Positions 58,838-64,000 of a DNA stretch of 64,000 nucleotides are shown here, piece after piece. The DNA comes from Candidatus Heimdallarchaeum aukensis (GTDB taxonomy: Archaea; Asgardarchaeota; Heimdallarchaeia; Heimdallarchaeales; Heimdallarchaeaceae): NCBI GenBank assembly GCA_021513695.1, contig CP084166.1, positions 1,280,001 to 1,344,000 of the forward strand, given 5' to 3'. The notes under the pieces are model-generated. The model worked only from the letters and a program-made list of their open reading frames with translations, had not been told where the DNA came from and did not search any database. Position 1 is the first letter of the stretch, and each line of letters opens with the position of its first letter. The translations under genes and the position numbers were made by a program.

Positions 58838-60445
58838 ATGAATACATTTGGGTTAATTATTAATTATTTAAGGAAAGGAAGACTATTTTCTGTCTCTCCA
58901 AATACCGTTTTATTACCAAATGATATTTTATTATTATCCATTAGGAGTAATATTCAACATTTATATTTTCAAGAATGGCTAAAGGACGAACAACTAGTTG
59001 TGAATATTATTTCACCAATTGGTACAATTGTTGATAGTTTAGATATAGATCTAAAGTATACTGGATTAGAAGAATTTTATTCTTTTGAAATATCGAATAA
59101 TCTATATTCTGGTGTTTATATTTTATCAATTCAAGGGAAAAACACAGAAATTAAAAGAAAAATCACAATAAAAACAAACAGGAAATTAGTTAATCATTAT
59201 ATTCTTACTTATGGAGCTAAAATTACTAACACTAGTGAAGAAAATCTTACCGGGTTTATTGCTGATATTGTAATTCCACCAAATATAGGACAATTTCAGG
59301 AAGTTCAAAAAATTAAATTCAATATTAATCCTGTTGAAAAAAAGTGTGACATTGATGGAAACTGTTGGGCAAGGTTTCATTTTCCTATAGTCTATCCAAA
59401 TGAAGATATTATTTTAGAATACAAAGCCCTTGTTACCACTAAAATTATAGGTTATGATGTTACTCGCATAAAAACAATTAGAGAATTAGAAGAAGTAAAC
59501 TATGAATTTTTTGAGAGATATACTAGAAATGAACCCTTTATTGAAAGTGATGACATTTTAATTAAGAAAGTCACACGGTCATTAAAATCAGAAAATCCAA
59601 TAGACAAGGCCATCAATATTCTAAATTACATTCAAAAAAACATTAATTACCAACATGAACTAGGTGACTTTGGAGCAAAATATGCCATAAGAGCAAAAAG
59701 GGGAGATTGTACAGAATTTGCAAGCTTATTCGTTGGAATGTGTAGAGCAGCTAAAATACCAGCTAGACTTGCAACTAGCTTAATAAAAGAAGACGGTTTA
59801 AGATGGGAAAAACATTCGTATGCAGAGTTTTTCGCAAAAGGTATTTGGTGGCAAATAGATCCGACACTAAACACAGATAAGCAATATTTAACAAGAAATC
59901 CAGAGAATATTGTCCTATTAAGAGGAAACTCATTAGCTAAAACTCATATTAAAGAAATAAGGTATTTTCATTCAGATCTAAAAAGGAAAAAAGTAAATGT
60001 CCAAATTTATTGGAAGGTTGAAGAAGTAAAAACTTTCAGTCAAAATAATGAAAAGAGAGGTCATGTTTGGGATAACCAAAATAATTCAAATACGCGATTA
60101 AATACACAAAGAAAAGACATTGTTCAAGATGCTAATAAAAGTTTTATCTCAATAAACGTTCCTACTTTACCTGAAGTTTCTACAGGGTCAATTTATAAAG
60201 TACCTGTAAGATTGATTAATAATTCCACATCAGAAGTATCAGGAACACTAGTTGTTTCTATAAATCGCGGAGGTATCTTCATTAGTCAGCTCTATCAGAG
60301 AACAATAAAAGCTAAATCAAACACTGGTATTGTTGTTGACATTCCCGCACAAAGCTATTTTGGTCCAGCAATGATTGAATTTAGTTTTCAAGATAACACT
60401 GGTTTTGTATTCTGTAAATCAGAAAAGAAGATTCAATTTCAATAA
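58838..60445 (+). CDS. transglutaminase-like (TGc) cysteine-protease-fold domain protein
   Basis: RGDCTEFASLFVGMCRAAKIPARL core motif, with a downstream H…D. Confidence 0.55.
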   Translation: MNTFGLIINYLRKGRLFSVSPNTVLLPNDILLLSIRSNIQHLYFQEWLKDEQLVVNIISPIGTIVDSLDIDLKYTGLEEFYSFEISNNLYSGVYILSIQGKNTEIKRKITIKTNRKLVNHYILTYGAKITNTSEENLTGFIADIVIPPNIGQFQEVQKIKFNINPVEKKCDIDGNCWARFHFPIVYPNEDIILEYKALVTTKIIGYDVTRIKTIRELEEVNYEFFERYTRNEPFIESDDILIKKVTRSLKSENPIDKAINILNYIQKNINYQHELGDFGAKYAIRAKRGDCTEFASLFVGMCRAAKIPARLATSLIKEDGLRWEKHSYAEFFAKGIWWQIDPTLNTDKQYLTRNPENIVLLRGNSLAKTHIKEIRYFHSDLKRKKVNVQIYWKVEEVKTFSQNNEKRGHVWDNQNNSNTRLNTQRKDIVQDANKSFISINVPTLPEVSTGSIYKVPVRLINNSTSEVSGTLVVSINRGGIFISQLYQRTIKAKSNTGIVVDIPAQSYFGPAMIEFSFQDNTGFVFCKSEKKIQFQ

Positions 60446-60537
60446 AAAGATTTAGAGCCTTATCAATTAATCAATACTGTTTTTATTTTTACTCTAAACA
60501 ATTATCTCATTCCAACATAAGGAATACAGAGGAAAAT

Positions 60538-61248
60538 CTATTGGTTTAAAAAATAAATTATTACACTAATCGATAATGGAATATAAAGATTATCAAATAA
60601 GTTTTTACAAATAAATTCTAAGACAGTAGCGAATATTGCTAATAGAAAGATAATAAGAAAGTTCTCAATAATACTGATTTTGTACATATAATAAGTAATT
60701 GTTAAAGCTGTAAGAGAACCCAGAAAAACAGCAAATGAGCCTTCTAAGGTTTTTGGATAGTTTCTAATGACTTTGGATTTTCCGAAAGATCGACCCACAA
60801 GTTCTCCCATTCCATCGCCAAGAGATAAGACAAATATTCCTCCCACAAAAGCGAAAGGAGAATCAAGAGTTATGAAAAAAACGTAAATTAGCATTAAAGC
60901 AGTCAGAATAATATTTATACCTAATTCTTTTTTTGGTTCATCGATTCTATGATCTTTTGAAATAAAGAAATCAAATAATTTTATTGACGGAATTATTGAC
61001 AAAATACCCACAATCAGAACAGAAATAAAAAAGATTGCTAAAATGTCATAAAAATTAGTGTTTAGAGCTCTTAAAATTCCAATATAAAGGAGAAAGGACA
61101 TATGATCAAGTTTCCTTTTTCTCCAAGAGCAGAGCTTGGTTTTTGAAAGTAAAAAAGAAGCTAAAAAAAGAAAAGCAAGTCCTAGTACTGATAGAAAAAT
61201 TGACACCCAATTCATTTCTTTGTAATCGAAAATCATTATCAGGTTCAT
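60538..61248 (-). CDS. CTP-dependent polyprenol kinase family membrane protein (stand-alone VTE5/SEC59-like)
   Basis: SLGDGMGELVGRSFGKSK…KTLEGSFAVF matches the family signature. 6-7 TM helices. Confidence 0.5.
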   Translation of the reverse strand: MNLIMIFDYKEMNWVSIFLSVLGLAFLFLASFLLSKTKLCSWRKRKLDHMSFLLYIGILRALNTNFYDILAIFFISVLIVGILSIIPSIKLFDFFISKDHRIDEPKKELGINIILTALMLIYVFFITLDSPFAFVGGIFVLSLGDGMGELVGRSFGKSKVIRNYPKTLEGSFAVFLGSLTALTITYYMYKISIIENFLIIFLLAIFATVLEFICKNLFDNLYIPLSISVIIYFLNQ

Positions 61249-61277
61249 TTTATCGCCTAAATAAGTAAATAGGGGGA

Positions 61278-63971
61278 TTAGACCCCAGTTATTGCTTCTG
61301 TTCTTGAGCCAAGAATGATATTTGTAAATACTAGACTAAGTATTTGTAGGAACATTAAGATTACTCCTAAAGCACAGAATATTTGAAACCTTGCATTAAC
61401 TTGATTTGCCATCATCCATGTTAATGTTCCACCAAGTTCTGAAGTGATTAGAAAAACTGTAGTTGAGACTTCAGACAAGCAGTACAAGAACGAAACAAGA
61501 CTTCCTGCGAACACATTAAGAGAAATCATAGGTACAGTTATTTTTGCAAAAGTTTTCATTCTTCCAGCTCCCAGATTAAAGGAAGACTCTTCTAGCACTT
61601 TATCCATCTGTTGTAAACCAGCATATGCTGCTCTAACTGTGAATGGGAATTTTCTAATTGTATATGAGAGTACTAAAAGTACATAAGCGATACCCACAAA
61701 AGGATCAAGGTGCGCTTTTACTACAAATTTATTCATAAACAAGTTAAATGAATTAGGATTGTTAGTGAAAATTGTACCCCAATCAAAAGTTCGATAATAT
61801 CCAAGCGCTAAAACGATTCCAGGTATAGCAATTGGAACAGTAACCAGTGAGTCAAAAGCTGCTTTTCCTTTAAACTCTTTTCTACTCACCACATAAGCTG
61901 CCAATGAGCCTAAAATAACAATTAATATTGTTGCAGCAAAACTGTAAAGTAGAGTATTTCGGACAAAACTTGGAATATTATACTGCGAAGATACAAAGAT
62001 AAGTCTATAATTTTCTAAAGTAAAACTCATGTTTTTTATATTAGATGAACCTAGTGTTTCGCTAATTGACATCATTATTATACCAACATGTACGATTAAA
62101 GAAAGTGCGAATAGGATAACAAGGAATGGATAAATAATCAACAACTTCCATTTTGCTTTACTTAACCTATATTGGCCTGCACGCCCCTTAGAAACCATAG
62201 AATACTGTCTTAGCGAAACATATTTTCGTATAACTAGAAATCCTGCTATAGCAATCACTAACAGAAGACCACCCAAGACACATACTTCTGGAGTTATAAT
62301 GTTAGAACTTGAAAGTTGAAAATCAGAAAAGATGTAGTATGTTAGAAATTGCCTTGCAAAATTATCTCCCATACCAACGAAGATAATTGGTGTTCCTACA
62401 TCTTCCATTGATAATATAAGTACTAAAATAGCTCCTGCACCAATACCAGGAAGAGCTAGAGGTAAAGTCACAGTAAAGAATAATCTAAAACTACCAGCTC
62501 CAAGGTTTTCAGCTTGTTCTTCCATACTTGGGTCAACATTAACAAATGAAGAGAAAGCGTTTAAATAAACTAAAGCATAAAAATGAAAACTTTGTACAAA
62601 GCAAATTGCAACAAAACCTTCAATAATAAATCTTGAATGGAAGACTGGAATAAGGAAGAGGGTATTAAGTAATCCATTAGGGCCTAAGAAATATCTGAAA
62701 CCCATTCCGCTAATAAAGGGTGGAATAATTAAAGGAGCGAGGGCTAAAACACTGAAGAACTTCTTTCCAGGAAATTCGTACCTAGCTAAAATAAAAGCTA
62801 ATGATGTTCCTAATAGAACTGAAATAAGAGTGGTAACAAGGCCAAGAATTAATGTGTTTAGAACAATTCCCCTTGATACACCTACTAGCTTGTAAGTTGT
62901 AATCTCAATATTATCTTGATATTGGTATATTTTTTCAAATTCTGTCATATCATGAGTATCTAGAATTAGTACTCCATCACCCCCATTTGCAACATATACA
63001 AAATCAGTTATTGGGTCATAAAATATATCTTCTACACCAACTATTCCTAAACTATAGGATAAAAGGTGAGATATATTGTACGGATTTGTAACATTATAAG
63101 CTTCTATACTATAAAAGTCTCCAATTTTCGAAGTTATAAATGCTTTATTATTAAAAACGTTGATATTATCTGCACGCCTGTTTTCTCTGTGAACCAAAGT
63201 AATGTTAGAAGGGTCTGAAATATCAAGAACTACGAAACCTGTACTTCCCAGTGACAAATATGCGTAATCATCAATAATTTGTATTTCTTTTGCTCTCAAA
63301 CTTATACCGTCGATCTCTTCCACTCTTGAATATAAAGAAGGATTCGAGGGGTCAGAAATATCAAAAATCATTAACCTTGAATATGAACCAACTAAATAAG
63401 CATAATTATCTTTAATTTTAATATCATCTGAATCTGTCTCTAATGTAGCGTTTCCAATTAGTTCTGGGGCAGATGGATCACTTATATCATAAATTAAGAA
63501 ACCATCATCTTGATAGTCAAGAAAAGCGTAATTATCATGTATAGTAATAAATTCTGTTTTATTGGTGGGTAAAGGAGTTATGGATACAATGTCTGTACCT
63601 TCACCAACATCGCTTACATTGAAAATCATTAATCCCTGTCTTGAATCTGAAGCAAATAGTAGTTCTCCACGTTGTTCAATATCTGTTACAAAACTATTAT
63701 CAAATTTTATTTGGTTGATTTCCTCAACATTATTGTAATCAGTTACATTTAGAACTTCAATCCCTTCAAAACCCTCTGCGGTATAGATATAACCATTTGA
63801 ATAGAGTATAGACTTTGCATAACCTCCAAATTCATAATTCTGGTTTTTTGTAAAAAATGAAGTTGAGGAATCACCTTTAAAATTAAAGAATTTTTCATCA
63901 GAAAAAACACGACCAAAAGCGTAAAAAGTTATTTGACCTGACTCTTCTAAATAAATTGCAACATTTATCAA
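61278..63971 (-). CDS. fusion of an N-terminal LVIVD-repeat beta-propeller-like domain and a two-module ABC permease (Fe3+/polyamine-type, 2x BPD_transp_1)
   Basis: Repeats …IFDISDPSNPSL…, …VLDISDPSNITLV…, …YNVTNPYNISHL…. These are followed by ~550 aa with about 12 TM helices in two homologous halves. Confidence 0.55.
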   Translation of the reverse strand: MINVAIYLEESGQITFYAFGRVFSDEKFFNFKGDSSTSFFTKNQNYEFGGYAKSILYSNGYIYTAEGFEGIEVLNVTDYNNVEEINQIKFDNSFVTDIEQRGELLFASDSRQGLMIFNVSDVGEGTDIVSITPLPTNKTEFITIHDNYAFLDYQDDGFLIYDISDPSAPELIGNATLETDSDDIKIKDNYAYLVGSYSRLMIFDISDPSNPSLYSRVEEIDGISLRAKEIQIIDDYAYLSLGSTGFVVLDISDPSNITLVHRENRRADNINVFNNKAFITSKIGDFYSIEAYNVTNPYNISHLLSYSLGIVGVEDIFYDPITDFVYVANGGDGVLILDTHDMTEFEKIYQYQDNIEITTYKLVGVSRGIVLNTLILGLVTTLISVLLGTSLAFILARYEFPGKKFFSVLALAPLIIPPFISGMGFRYFLGPNGLLNTLFLIPVFHSRFIIEGFVAICFVQSFHFYALVYLNAFSSFVNVDPSMEEQAENLGAGSFRLFFTVTLPLALPGIGAGAILVLILSMEDVGTPIIFVGMGDNFARQFLTYYIFSDFQLSSSNIITPEVCVLGGLLLVIAIAGFLVIRKYVSLRQYSMVSKGRAGQYRLSKAKWKLLIIYPFLVILFALSLIVHVGIIMMSISETLGSSNIKNMSFTLENYRLIFVSSQYNIPSFVRNTLLYSFAATILIVILGSLAAYVVSRKEFKGKAAFDSLVTVPIAIPGIVLALGYYRTFDWGTIFTNNPNSFNLFMNKFVVKAHLDPFVGIAYVLLVLSYTIRKFPFTVRAAYAGLQQMDKVLEESSFNLGAGRMKTFAKITVPMISLNVFAGSLVSFLYCLSEVSTTVFLITSELGGTLTWMMANQVNARFQIFCALGVILMFLQILSLVFTNIILGSRTEAITGV

Positions 63972-64000
63972 ATATTCTCCTGTTCCTTTATTTGAGTAAA

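Noticed and set aside
1-64000. CRISPR arrays, tRNA and rRNA genes
   Set aside because: No regularly spaced direct repeats were seen, and no ~75-nt GC-rich cloverleaf-like islands in intergenic regions. The only GC-rich non-coding island is the candidate ncRNA at ~42.3 kb.

Overview
The window looks like a chromosomal segment of an AT-rich archaeon of roughly 30% GC. Recognisable archaeal/eukaryote-type genes include ribosomal proteins eS8 and eS30, Gar1, SRP19, Nop5 with fibrillarin, Elp3, Trm1, FtsJ and RNase HII. Three eukaryote-signature-like proteins are present: an MglA-like small GTPase next to an actin-fold ATPase, and a Rag/Arf-like GTPase fused to a roadblock domain. That content suggests an Asgard/Lokiarchaeota-like organism, but this is inferred from gene content only. 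No rRNA, tRNA or CRISPR array was found. About 60 protein-coding genes are called. They include two secreted S8 subtilases, an MA-clan metalloprotease, a MacB/FtsX-type ABC exporter, the archaeal HMG-CoA synthase/thiolase/DUF35 module, an archaetidylserine synthase/decarboxylase pair, a PAS histidine kinase, a GT4 glycosyltransferase and phosphoglycerate kinase. The most notable structural features are listed below. (1) A perfect 4185-bp tandem duplication (14104-18288 repeated at 18289-22473) copies HMGCS and thiolase, leaves a truncated second subtilase copy and creates a chimeric thiolase C-terminus. (2) Two copies of a ~112-bp MITE-like element with 12-bp terminal inverted repeats lie in opposite orientation at 9224-9335 and 33479-33590. 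(3) An MglA-like GTPase and a ParM/actin-like ATPase form a gene pair immediately downstream of one MITE copy. (4) A Rag-like GTPase carries an N-terminal HhH extension and a C-terminal roadblock domain. (5) A ~230-nt GC-enriched candidate structured ncRNA at ~42255-42491 has a TATA box, nested long-range helices and an oligo-T terminator. (6) A fusion of a VTE5-like and a VTE6-like polyprenol kinase, plus a second stand-alone kinase, may point to isoprenoid-alcohol salvage. (7) A divergent pair of paralogous membrane-anchored secreted proteins sits beside a transglutaminase-like protein.
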